From Patescibacteria group bacterium (GTDB taxonomy: Bacteria > Patescibacteriota > Minisyncoccia > Phycocordibacterales > UBA9973), in NCBI GenBank assembly GCA_040384805.1, contig JAZKIP010000001.1, positions 133,864-197,863 of the forward strand: a DNA stretch of 64,000 nt. Direction: 5' to 3'. The translations under genes were made by a program, and so were the position numbers. Each line of letters begins with the position of its first letter. Within the stretch, counting starts at the first letter, position 1. This document shows, one piece after another, positions 40,624 to 50,544 of the stretch. The notes beneath the pieces were generated by a model. That model worked only from the letters and a program-made list of their open reading frames with translations. It had not been told where the DNA came from and did not search any database.

Positions 40624-43302
40624 ATGAAAAAGACCAAGAAACCTTCCGTTCGTCTGGTACCTCATGTGCGGCCCGAACGCTATACTCTAATATTGAAGCC
40701 TGATCTTGAGGCCTTTATTTTCGAAGGGAAAGAGGTTATCGATATCATTATCAATAAACCTGTCACAGAAATAACTCTCCATTCCAAGGATATAAAAATC
40801 CAAACAGCTGAGATCGTACAAAAGAAAAACGCGGATTTTGCATATAAGATTTCATATGACGAAAAAGCAGAAACTGTTACTTTCTTTTTTAAGAATTTTA
40901 TTGCGAAAGGCAAAGCCAAGCTTTCAATCATATTCTCGGGCATGATCAATGAACATCTGCGCGGATTTTATAGGAGTCGCTATACAATCGACGGGGTCGA
41001 GAAACACTTGGCAACGACCCAGTTTGAATCAACCGACGCACGTCGCGCATTTCCCTGCTTCGACGAACCTGCTCACAAGGCAATTTTCGATGTTTCGCTC
41101 ATTGTACCCGGCACTCATACGGCGATCTCCAATACCCTTCCGACAAAAATAAGCGAACACGAGGGAGGATATAAGGTCGTTGAGTTCGCTTCAACGCCAC
41201 GCATGTCGACATATCTCCTGGCATTCATTATCGGCGAATTCGAATATATCGAGGGATGGACCAAGGGAGGAGGCAAGGTATCAGCCGAAATTTCACGGTC
41301 TGGCCGAGCTATTTCCGCAAGTAAAAAAAATAGTAGCGAGGAAATCCGAGGACCTGAAATTTCGGCTGGTGCTGGGATGACCCCTCAAAGCGTACAGATC
41401 CGCGTCTTCACGACGCCCGGCAAGAAGCATCAGGCGAAATTTGCTCTCGATGTCGCCATCAGGTCGCTTGAATTCTATAACGAATATTTTGATATTCCCT
41501 ACCCGTTTCCCGTCCTTGACCTTATCGCCATTCCTGATTTCGAATCGGCTGCCATGGAAAACTGGGGAGCTGTCACATTCCGCGAAACTGCGCTCTTGGT
41601 AGACGAGAACAATACCTCCCTTTCGACCAAGCAGTGGGTGGCTGTCGTCATTGCTCATGAAATCGCCCATCAGTGGTTTGGCAATCTGGTCACTATGCGC
41701 TGGTGGACCGATCTCTGGCTCAACGAGGGATTCGCCTCATATATGGAGAATCTCTGTGTTGATCACATGTTCCCCGACTGGCATATATGGGACCTTTACC
41801 TTGCGGATCGCTATACGGTGGCACTCCGCCTTGATTCGCTCGCCAATTCCCACCCAATTGAGGTTACTGTCCACCATCCGGATGAGATAAGCGAAATCTT
41901 CGATATGGTCTCGTATGCAAAGGGTTCGGCTGTCATTCGTATGATCGCCCAATATCTCGGATATGAGAAGTTCCGCGACGGCTTGCGCCATTATTTGAAG
42001 AAGCACAGCTACGGGAATACCGATACGAAAGATCTCTGGCATTCATTCGAAAAAGTAAGCCGCAAACCTGTTACCAAGATGATGGAATCTTGGACAGGCA
42101 GAACCGGCTATCCTCTCATCTCTATATCCCAAACGAAAAATCAGTGGAGCGCCCGCCAAGAAAGATTCTTTTCAAGCCGCATTTCGGCAAAAAATAATAA
42201 AGAGAAGACTCTCTGGCATATTCCTTTTGCATATGAAAGCAATAAAGAATCAGAAATAATGCTTGCAACGAAAAAATCCTTCCCTCTCATTGGATCATCA
42301 ATCGGCAAAATAAATAAGGATGAAGGATCATTCCTAAGAGTAAGATACGACAAGGCTACGTTGGCGCGCTTGCGGTCGGAAATAGAGAACAATACTCTTC
42401 CCGTCGCTGACAGGCTCGGCATTATCCGTGATCTCTTCGCTCTTGCTGAAGGAGGATACATCGGAACTGCCGAGGCCCTCGAATTCTCCCTTGCATATAA
42501 GAACGAGGAACAATATATCGTATGGTTTGAGATCACATCGGGAATAAGCAAAGTCTATAATCTTATTCGTGATGAGGTATTCAAAGAAAGCTTCAGATCA
42601 TATGCCCGATCGCTATTCACTCCGATCGCCGAGAAAATGACATTTGAAGAACATAAAGGAGAGGATCATTCGCAGAAATTCTTGCGCAGTCTCTCCTTGT
42701 CTCATGCCGCAGCATATGGAAATAAGACTATTATCAGACAAGCTCACGAATTATTCAAAGAAAGAAATAAAAATCCGATCAGGGCCGATATTCGAAGCGC
42801 CGTATACGGTATTGTTGCAGCAGAAGGCAGTACAAAAGAATGGGAAACTTTTCAGAAACTCTATATAAAAGAAACTCATCACGAAGAGCAGGAGCGTTTT
42901 GGCCGGGCCCTTGCTTCATTTCGCGACAAAACCCTTCTTGCCCGCACTCTTATGTTCACCCTTTCGAAGCATGTGCGCATGCAGGATGCTCCGTTTCTTT
43001 TAAGCGCCGTATGGCAAAATAGTAATGGACGCGATCTTGCATGGAAATTCATACAGCATAACTGGAAAGAAACGACCAAGCGCTTTGGAGAAGGCGGGTT
43101 CATCTCGCGCATTCTCTCTGCTCTCGGAACTCATATTAAAATAAAAGATGCGCGTGATGCGAAGAAATTCTTTGCCAAGAATCCAGCCCCCGAAGCAGAC
43201 CGGACCCTTGAGCAGGCATACGAGCGAATACATTCGAATGCCGCATGGATAAAGGCAGATAGGCAGACAGTCAAGAAGTGGCTGGCTAAAAATTATAAAT
43301 AG
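40624..43302 (+). CDS. pepN: M1 family aminopeptidase with an in-frame palindromic insertion
   Basis: AAMENWG, HEIAHQWFG..WLNEG; insertion near 41263-41386. Confidence 0.9.
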   Translation: MKKTKKPSVRLVPHVRPERYTLILKPDLEAFIFEGKEVIDIIINKPVTEITLHSKDIKIQTAEIVQKKNADFAYKISYDEKAETVTFFFKNFIAKGKAKLSIIFSGMINEHLRGFYRSRYTIDGVEKHLATTQFESTDARRAFPCFDEPAHKAIFDVSLIVPGTHTAISNTLPTKISEHEGGYKVVEFASTPRMSTYLLAFIIGEFEYIEGWTKGGGKVSAEISRSGRAISASKKNSSEEIRGPEISAGAGMTPQSVQIRVFTTPGKKHQAKFALDVAIRSLEFYNEYFDIPYPFPVLDLIAIPDFESAAMENWGAVTFRETALLVDENNTSLSTKQWVAVVIAHEIAHQWFGNLVTMRWWTDLWLNEGFASYMENLCVDHMFPDWHIWDLYLADRYTVALRLDSLANSHPIEVTVHHPDEISEIFDMVSYAKGSAVIRMIAQYLGYEKFRDGLRHYLKKHSYGNTDTKDLWHSFEKVSRKPVTKMMESWTGRTGYPLISISQTKNQWSARQERFFSSRISAKNNKEKTLWHIPFAYESNKESEIMLATKKSFPLIGSSIGKINKDEGSFLRVRYDKATLARLRSEIENNTLPVADRLGIIRDLFALAEGGYIGTAEALEFSLAYKNEEQYIVWFEITSGISKVYNLIRDEVFKESFRSYARSLFTPIAEKMTFEEHKGEDHSQKFLRSLSLSHAAAYGNKTIIRQAHELFKERNKNPIRADIRSAVYGIVAAEGSTKEWETFQKLYIKETHHEEQERFGRALASFRDKTLLARTLMFTLSKHVRMQDAPFLLSAVWQNSNGRDLAWKFIQHNWKETTKRFGEGGFISRILSALGTHIKIKDARDAKKFFAKNPAPEADRTLEQAYERIHSNAAWIKADRQTVKKWLAKNYK

Positions 43303-43901
43303 CTGCCAAGAAAACTTTTTCGATGGAGCGCAGTCAGCCCGTTCTTTTTTATCGCATCAAAATGCGCTTTTGTTCCATATCCGGCATGTTTCTCGAATCC
43401 ATATGCTGGATACTCTTGTGCGTATTCTGTCATTAATTTATCGCGCGTAACCTTTGCCACGATAGACGCGCAGGAAATGACAGGATGAAGCTCGTCGCCT
43501 TTGATCACTGTTTCCTGATTAACATACTCAATAGGCGCTTTCAATCCCCCATCCAAATAGACTTTCGCATCGGCAGGATCGACCAATAGCTTCGCAAGAG
43601 ATTGATTCAAAGCCTTCTTAATTGCGCGAACAATCCCCACTTTATCAATCCATTCTGCAGAGACCATCGATACCGCAAAGTCACATTGTCCTTTTTCTTT
43701 TTCACTCTTTAGATATTCAAACCATTTCTCACGTTGCTTCGCAGTGAGTTTTTTCGAATCCCGTATCTGTACTCCTGTTATCTGTATTCCATTAGTAATT
43801 AGTAATTCGTAATTTGTCTTTATACATAAAAAAGCGCATACGGCCACCGGTCCTGCGATCGGACCGCGGCCTACTTCGTCGATACCCATAGTATAATTCA
43901 T
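43293..43901 (-). CDS. rnhB: Ribonuclease HII
   Basis: GIDEVGRGP, DSKKL, ASIVAKVTRD, HRKSF. Confidence 0.96.
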   Translation of the reverse strand: MNYTMGIDEVGRGPIAGPVAVCAFLCIKTNYELLITNGIQITGVQIRDSKKLTAKQREKWFEYLKSEKEKGQCDFAVSMVSAEWIDKVGIVRAIKKALNQSLAKLLVDPADAKVYLDGGLKAPIEYVNQETVIKGDELHPVISCASIVAKVTRDKLMTEYAQEYPAYGFEKHAGYGTKAHFDAIKKNGLTALHRKSFLGSYL

Positions 43902-43976
43902 AATTAAATTGCTCTTGACTTTATATATAAAAATGTTATTCTAATAATAGATTTTGTAACCATTAAAACAGTATAT

Positions 43977-44390
43977 ATGAAATCAGATTTTGAATCTATT
44001 ATTCATGTTATGAAGACCAACGGAGTTGGCTTTATAAAATCCTTTTTTTCTGAAGACTCGTCTTTGGATGAAAAACCTTCTATCCTAAAGGAAAATTTCA
44101 TAACTATCAAATTCTCCGATGGCAAGGAAAAGCTAGGATGGCTGATACTTACAGGAGATGACTATATCAATCATCTGATTACGCACATAAATGATTCTGA
44201 AAAAGAAGCCAGGGCAATGGTTACTGGGCCTGATTATACAACATATATCCGGCTCCGTAGCATACCGTACGAACCGACGAGCAAGAGAGAGAATATCTGC
44301 CATATAGATATTCTCTTAAAGCATCTCGATAAAGGTATCGGAGAAGCAATCATAACCCCAAGCCTTGAAAGCAGGAACGATTTCAAATAG
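43977..44390 (+). CDS. Hypothetical protein
   Basis: 137-aa ORF with TTGACT promoter upstream and a hairpin downstream. Confidence 0.65.
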   Translation: MKSDFESIIHVMKTNGVGFIKSFFSEDSSLDEKPSILKENFITIKFSDGKEKLGWLILTGDDYINHLITHINDSEKEARAMVTGPDYTTYIRLRSIPYEPTSKRENICHIDILLKHLDKGIGEAIITPSLESRNDFK

Positions 44391-44457
44391 TAACCAAAAC
44401 AGCATCCTTTAATACTCCTGAGCATTATGCGCAGGAGTATTTTACAATGAAAGTCTC

Positions 44458-44567
44458 ATTTGTCGATAATATCTATTCACTGTTATAATGACCCAATCAT
44501 GGATTCAAAGTTTATTCACCTCCACACTCATTCCCACTATTCCCTCCTCGACGGATTGTCTAAAATC
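44458..44567 (+). repeat. Left direct repeat (attL-like): copy of the dnaE promoter and first ~23 codons
   Basis: 110 bp with 2 mismatches to 57504-57613. Confidence 0.95.
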
Positions 44568-44776
44568 ATCATTAATAAAATTTATCGCCTTTGTACCCAG
44601 AGAAAATTATTGCCTAACTATCGAAAATCCAGCTTATTCTTACGATGCATATGAGTAAGGCGATTTAGATTGTCATAGGAAAATGAAGTAACATTTTGCC
44701 CGCTAACTGATAGCCAATACACATTCATAAATATGAACAAAATAAACCGCATGACAATCTTTTTTACTATTCCAAT

Positions 44777-45217
44777 CTAATAACTTTTAAAATACTCAAA
44801 AGTCATTTTCTTTATTATTTCAGCGATTGTGAGGGCATTCCTAATAAATTTTATCCTGGAATTTATTTCTCCATCGGAATCCCAGTTGTCTTTGTTTCCC
44901 CATATGTGCCTCAAAAGCTTCTCTTTGAATTCATCCAATTGGAGACTCTTTGCATCCTTTTTAAACTGCAATTTGATTTTAATTCTCTGATTAAGAAAAA
45001 TATCAAATCCGAAAAATGGGCCAACAGTTCCTACTTTATGGATTGCTATTATACTAAATGAGTCTCCTTTGCTATCCACAATTTTAGCATTCTCAAAATA
45101 TAATTTCCCCTTTTTTGTACATACTGTTAAATCACTGTCATTTCTAAAAAATGCTATAACTTCTTTGCCAAAACAAATTATAGGATATTCAAAACTATTT
45201 TTAGTCGTTTCGTCCAT
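44777..45217 (-). CDS. Hypothetical protein, possibly toxin-immunity-like
   Basis: Intact ORF between the left direct repeat and repeat 1. Confidence 0.6.
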   Translation of the reverse strand: MDETTKNSFEYPIICFGKEVIAFFRNDSDLTVCTKKGKLYFENAKIVDSKGDSFSIIAIHKVGTVGPFFGFDIFLNQRIKIKLQFKKDAKSLQLDEFKEKLLRHIWGNKDNWDSDGEINSRIKFIRNALTIAEIIKKMTFEYFKSY

Positions 45218-45297
45218 AATTGTTACCAATACTTTTAATTATATATAGTCCAGTTTTTAAGTTGCACAACCTCCTTTTAACGACACTAGTATGCAAG

Positions 45298-45911
45298 TTG
45301 TAATACAAGTAATGTTCGTTTCTTGATGACGATTTTCTTATTTTATATAAGCTGAATTTTCTTTGAATAGTAATGGCTTTTGTTATATTTCTTAGATAGT
45401 AGATTGCCCCATTTCCCCATCTTTTTTTATTACTTTCAGCGTCAAAACCAATTATCCCAAACTTTACGTTGTAATCCACGGAGACATAATAGTAGTAATA
45501 ATAGTATTCATGATTGCCAAGGTCTTTCAATTCAAATGTTAGCCTGAAATCTGTTTCGGAATCTCCTTCTTTCTTTTGCGATTTTAAGTATTCCTTAATT
45601 GCTTCAATTTTCTTTCTGCTCTTGTTTTTAGACAAATTTTTGTGATTGTAAATATCACAGACATATCTTGCTGAAACAACCTCTTGTTTATTTTTTTCTT
45701 CTAGAATATTGCGATTTGCGTGATTATTGATATTCGTCGCGATAGTACTATAATTTGCAGGGTTTTTTAATTTTCCTTGTGGCGGGTTATCCTTAAAATA
45801 GTCACGTAACAAGCGAACAACTTCTTTTAAATCTGTAGTGGAATACAGTTCCGTTTTCCGAACGCGGGCTGTAAGTTTCTTATATATATTAGGATCAATG
45901 GTTTTTTTCAT
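45298..45911 (-). pseudogene. Hypothetical protein, 3'-truncated by repeat 1 (reads through the repeat)
   Basis: The ORF runs into repeat-encoded LHTSVVKRRLCN. Confidence 0.65.
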
Positions 45912-46202
45912 GAGTTCAAAATAGAAAATTGTGAAGATTTTTGTGAACTTTTTTTAAAAAATGTGTATGTCTCCGTTAACATGATCTATAGAAATGGTGG
46001 GAATTTTACCGCGATGGTAGCTAATAAAAAAACCCACCAGTTTTTTACTAGTGGGCCATCATCGGAAGGAACAGTATTCCGAGATGTAGCCTATAAGGTT
46101 GTTCAAAGCAACCAAGTGGCGTTCCTTTATTATACTGATTGTCAGTATAATAGCAACGTTATCTCTGTCTGTTCCAAATTAAACATGTAAAATCTATGTT
46201 TT

Positions 46203-46448
46203 ATGGAACAGTATACATCCTTAAGATTCTCTGAATTAAGCGACGCAATTCTTGCCGGCTACAAGCATGATTTTGTAATACAAGTTAGTGGTACGCTTAA
46301 ATGCCTCTCAAAACCGGGTAAAGTTTATTCTCCTGATGAGGTTGATATAAGAGTCATTACTTCTTTGAAGAAGAAGGCTAGCCTTCTTCTTATTACTACC
46401 AATGATGGATTATACAAGGGAACGTCGGTGGATTATTGGGAATATTAA
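46203..46448 (+). CDS. Small hypothetical protein, homologous to 50545-50919
   Basis: GY..F....G.L.C.S...Y...I.T.DG.KG pattern shared by both; resembles a small Bacteroidota family (recall, unverified). Confidence 0.7.
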   Translation: MEQYTSLRFSELSDAILAGYKHDFVIQVSGTLKCLSKPGKVYSPDEVDIRVITSLKKKASLLLITTNDGLYKGTSVDYWEY

Positions 46449-46519
46449 GTAAGGTCTAAATTTATTATCCTAAATAAGATTAGTTGCACAACCTCCTTTT
46501 AACGACACTAGTATGCAAG

Positions 46520-46790
46520 GTAATAATTTTTTTTATTTATAACATCATTGAGACATTGTAGAACAGTCTATTATTCTTCTCTTCACATTACGGAGAGCCA
46601 TCAGTAAAAAAAACCATCAACATTTGTTGATGGTTCACCCGTTCGGTAACAGCTTACCGAGAGATTATTTTACATAGTGGTGACACACTACGTAACGTAA
46701 TGATAATCTATCACTTATAGGTTATTTGTCAACTCTTTGTAGCCTGTTCCGACCATATCTGTAAAAAATATGGTTTATGGAACAATATAA
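46520..46790 (-). ncRNA. Candidate structured RNA or regulatory element A (spacer 2)
   Basis: Homologous to 50911-51183 in inverted orientation; conserved hairpins and terminator. Confidence 0.45.
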
Positions 46791-46827
46791 GTTGCACAAC
46801 CTCCTTTTAACGACACTAGTATGCAAG

Positions 46828-47517
46828 GCTTATGATCCAGGAAATAAGTTCTCAATCCCATTTCAGTATTCAGCCTGTGGAATAGGAGTTGACACAAGCA
46901 AAGTCAAAAACTTCAAGAAAAGCTGGTCACTCCTCTTTGATGAAAAATATAAGGGCAAAATCAGTATGTTAGATGATATTCGTTATGGAATGGTTCCGGC
47001 ATTGAAGACCCTTGGCTATTCGCTAAACACAACTAACGAAACCGAATTAAGTCACGTTAGAGATTTATTGTTAAGGCAAAAATCTTTGGTCCGAGCCTAT
47101 ACTAGCGATACATATATTGATCTTCTCAAGTCAGGGGAAGTCTGGATAGCGTATGGATACACTGGGGATATTTATCAGGCGATAAAGGAAAATTCTAATA
47201 TTGTTTATTTTATTCCAGAAGAAGGGTCTGCGCTTGCAGTAGAAAGCATGTGCATCCTGAAAGGAGCTAAAAATAAAAAAACGGCCGAACAATTTATGAA
47301 TTATATTCTGGAACCTCAAGTAGATGCGGATATAGTAAATCACACTCAATATGCAACTCCAAATGATTCGGCTAAACAGTTTATTAACCCCAAAATTCTG
47401 AATGATGAGAATATTTTTCCAGGAAATTCAGTTTTTCTGAAAAGTGAGTATATACGAGATCTTGGTAAAGCAAATCTGCTATATGATAAACTATGGACCG
47501 AAATAAAGACCAAATAA
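46828..47517 (+). pseudogene. PotD/PotF-like polyamine-binding protein, 5'-truncated at repeat 3
   Basis: YDPGNKFSIP, SWSLLFD, LGYSLNT, YFIPEEG; no signal peptide or N-terminal part. Confidence 0.85.
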
Positions 47518-47610
47518 CAGTTTTTCCTTTGACAATTCAATAAACTTGCATCGTATTAGTTGGCGTAGTAAAATCTAATATTATTAGAGATTATAGGACT
47601 TCATGCCAAG

Positions 47611-48495
47611 ATGAATGAAAAATATAAGCTGAGAAATATCGAGCCCGGAATTTATCGCCAGCGAGGTATAGCCGAATTTCGCATTCTTGAATCCTCGATT
47701 TCAAAACGGGTATTTATAAAATACCTCAAGGAACTTTCCCGAAATTTAGGAATGCAACCACATCCAGAATTGCCAGAGCCAGTTATTACTTCAGCTTCTG
47801 GCTATACTTTACAAAAGCATGATGGCCTTGAAGGATTTCTATTCTGGCTAGAATCAGGACTTCACGCTTATTACTGGAAGCGTCCACAGATAATAACTGT
47901 GGACATGCATTCTTGTAAACCACTTATTGAAGAAGCTGTTGAAAATACAAGTAGAAGTAACTTTAGTATTGTTGAGTACAATTATGTAGACCTAGTTTTA
48001 AAAGAAAAGAAAGACAGTCAAAAAGTAAGGACCAGAATATATTCAATATCCCGAAAAGGCCTAATCGCTTCAAAACGCATCAAAAAAGATGAGTATATTT
48101 CTGGGTATTATGGTGAAGTTCACGAAATAAGAAGGACAAAGAAATTTTATAGAGCAGAATTTAAGAATGCAGTTCAATTCGCCGAACATAAATGGCGGGA
48201 ACCTGTCTTAAATAGTCTTGCACAAAACATTAACCATGCGTGTGTACCAAACTGCGGCATTAAAGGTATGTTTGATATAGTTGCCATTAGAAATATTGAA
48301 ATTGGTGAAGAATTATTGTTAGATTATGCAATGACAGAGGATTCCGACTTGAATATCCCTAAAGAAAAATGTTTATGTGGCACAAAAAAGTGCCGTGGAA
48401 AAGCAGTTCCTTATAAAAAGCTACCAAAAGAAGTCAAAGTATTATATAATAATTACATCTCCGAATGGTTAAAAAATAAGTATTATATCAACTAA
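47611..48495 (+). CDS. SAM-decarboxylase (SpeD)-like domain fused to a SET/post-SET domain
   Basis: WLESGLHAYYW...VDMHSCK; NHACVPNC, GEELLLDY, CLCGTKKCRG. Confidence 0.75.
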   Translation: MNEKYKLRNIEPGIYRQRGIAEFRILESSISKRVFIKYLKELSRNLGMQPHPELPEPVITSASGYTLQKHDGLEGFLFWLESGLHAYYWKRPQIITVDMHSCKPLIEEAVENTSRSNFSIVEYNYVDLVLKEKKDSQKVRTRIYSISRKGLIASKRIKKDEYISGYYGEVHEIRRTKKFYRAEFKNAVQFAEHKWREPVLNSLAQNINHACVPNCGIKGMFDIVAIRNIEIGEELLLDYAMTEDSDLNIPKEKCLCGTKKCRGKAVPYKKLPKEVKVLYNNYISEWLKNKYYIN

Positions 48496-48796
48496 CATTA
48501 GCCATATCAGTTCCCCTGCATATAATATAGTTTGAAAAAACGCTAAAGTTTTGAAGGCTCAAGCAGCTGTATATTCGCGGGTTATTAAATCTGCAAAATC
48601 GTGAGGTTTAAGCAATACCATGTTAAAATTGAATGGACAAAGCTTTCCCTGATGAAATTTATAGCGTTTGTTCCTATCAAGAACTATTGCTTATTGATAC
48701 AAGATCCAACTCATATATTTGGAGTAATTGCAGGCACAGAGATTATGGAATTTTTAACCGTTGCACAACCTCCTTTTAACGACACTAGTATGCAAG

Positions 48797-49130
48797 TGAT
48801 CCACGCAACGGCCCATGAAAGTCGCTTGAATAGGACATCGATCTTGGAAATGTCAGAACATGGTGCAGACCCATACAGTATCGAAGAATTGATCGCAGAA
48901 ATGGGAGCCTCATACCTCTGCTATCATGCCGGCATTCTTCCGACCCCAATAGGAGACTATTTCGCCTACCTGAACGGCTGGCTCTGGATAAGCTTCGGCA
49001 AGATACTCACCTTGTTGTTACAGCAAGCGTATATGCGCAGCGGGCGGTTGACTACATTCTGGGGTATAAGGAGGCAACCAGCGAGAAAAAAGAGGAAGCG
49101 GAAGTGCCCGAAGCCATGGATGGGGAATAG
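48797..49130 (+). pseudogene. ardC: ArdC-like antirestriction/zincin C-terminal fragment, frameshifted
   Basis: HATAHESRLNR, YSIEELIAEMGA, AYLNGWL; AQRAVDYILG in another frame. Confidence 0.8.
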
Positions 49131-49256
49131 GAGACATCTATACACAAAGCCCGGACTTTTCCGGGCTTTTTATAATTACTATTTCTTTTTTACTTCGTTA
49201 TATTTCAAACAAAAATTACAAGTATGAAAACAAGTATTCTGATTAACAATTTCATT

Positions 49257-49502
49257 CTATTCTTTATCTCTTATTTCTTGTCTTGCTCTTGAAAGATTTT
49301 CAAAGTAGTTCCCCTCAAAAGTTTCAGACACAATTTTCTCTAATGATGATTCAATATCAAAAAGAATTCTTTCTTCTGCTTGATCTTCAAATAGCAACGG
49401 GTGTTCTTTCTGATTGAATTTGGTTAACCATTCGAGCAGAACGAGAGCTTCATTACTACTTAGTTTTAGGAATATGTTTTTATTGTCTTTTATAACTTCC
49501 AT
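49257..49502 (-). CDS. Putative immunity protein of a polymorphic toxin
   Basis: EALVLLEWL...DQAEERIL; directly downstream of a toxin-tip fragment. Confidence 0.65.
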   Translation of the reverse strand: MEVIKDNKNIFLKLSSNEALVLLEWLTKFNQKEHPLLFEDQAEERILFDIESSLEKIVSETFEGNYFENLSRARQEIRDKE

Positions 49503-49505
49503 AAT

Positions 49506-49679
49506 TTATAGACCTCCGTGTTCAAGAACATTTTTTAATTGTACGGGATTAAGTTTCCAGCCGCTAATAAATTGTCCCGAAGGACTAGAGATAACATTAA
49601 GACCAGTATTTGGATTGAGATAGTGTATTACTGATTGACCTCTATATGTTCCATTAATAGCTTGAACACCTGCGGAATT
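49506..49679 (-). pseudogene. Colicin D-like toxin C-terminal fragment, 5'-truncated at repeat 5
   Basis: GTYRGQ..HYLNPNTGLNV...GQFISGWKL. Confidence 0.7.
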
Positions 49680-49738
49680 GTTGCACAACCTCCTTTTAAC
49701 GACACTAGTATGCAAGAAATGGCGAGCAAATAAAAATT

Positions 49739-50380
49739 TTGGGCGTAGTGGCTCTTCAAAGAAATAGATCAATAATTAAAAAAATAGATAGAGTAATATC
49801 TACCATTTGGGACATAGCCAAGAAAAATTCTACTCCTAATGAAAATATAGTTATCCTGGAGATTTCAGAAGTTACCGGGATATCTCCAAAAGAAGTTAGT
49901 CTTTGTTTGCACCTCATTTCTGATTATGGTCAGTATGTTACGGGGAGTATAAGCGAGCAGAACACAAGGCTCTACACCGCAATTCAGATAAACGAAGATA
50001 TAAATGTATACTATAGGTATAGCGAATTTCCTGAGGCAAGTTCTCTCCTTGCATTGGATGAAATTAAGAATCAGACGCAACCCCAGGAGTATTTTAAGGA
50101 TGATGAAATTCTGACAATCGGTTGGCAATTGGATAGATTAAGGGAAGAATTTAAAAACGGCATATGTGTATTACAAACCGGACAGGAAATCATCTGGACG
50201 GATAATCAAGAAGATATCGCAGAAATGAAAATTCAGCTTTCCAAATTATCGAAGAAAAACTGGTTTCAACTCTTTATTGGTAAATTATTTTCAAAAGGCA
50301 TTGATAAGCTTTTCTTTGAACCTCTGTTTGAAAAGATTAAGAATTTTGTTGATCCGGCAATAAGTGGATTACTGAATTGA
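49739..50380 (+). CDS. Hypothetical protein (probably 5'-truncated at repeat 5)
   Basis: 213-aa ORF beginning 22 bp after the repeat with a TTG start. Confidence 0.55.
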   Translation: MGVVALQRNRSIIKKIDRVISTIWDIAKKNSTPNENIVILEISEVTGISPKEVSLCLHLISDYGQYVTGSISEQNTRLYTAIQINEDINVYYRYSEFPEASSLLALDEIKNQTQPQEYFKDDEILTIGWQLDRLREEFKNGICVLQTGQEIIWTDNQEDIAEMKIQLSKLSKKNWFQLFIGKLFSKGIDKLFFEPLFEKIKNFVDPAISGLLN

Positions 50381-50544
50381 GGCTGCGCTTAATGCGATCC
50401 GTTACAATTTGCTGTTTTCCGTCCAATGATAAACTGTGTTTTCAGTGGCTTCGACAACTTTACATAATTACTTATGCCGGTTCTTCTGCTTCCTGTCATT
50501 TCTTCCCCGCTGCTGAAGAGAATTTATGTAGGGATTAGCAATCT

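Noticed and set aside
44460-44654. 64-aa ORF as a gene
   Set aside because: It is the duplicated dnaE 5' end running into island DNA.
44694-44708. GTTAGCGGGCAA (minus strand) as an attC core site
   Set aside because: No matching inverse core or stem found after the upstream ORF.
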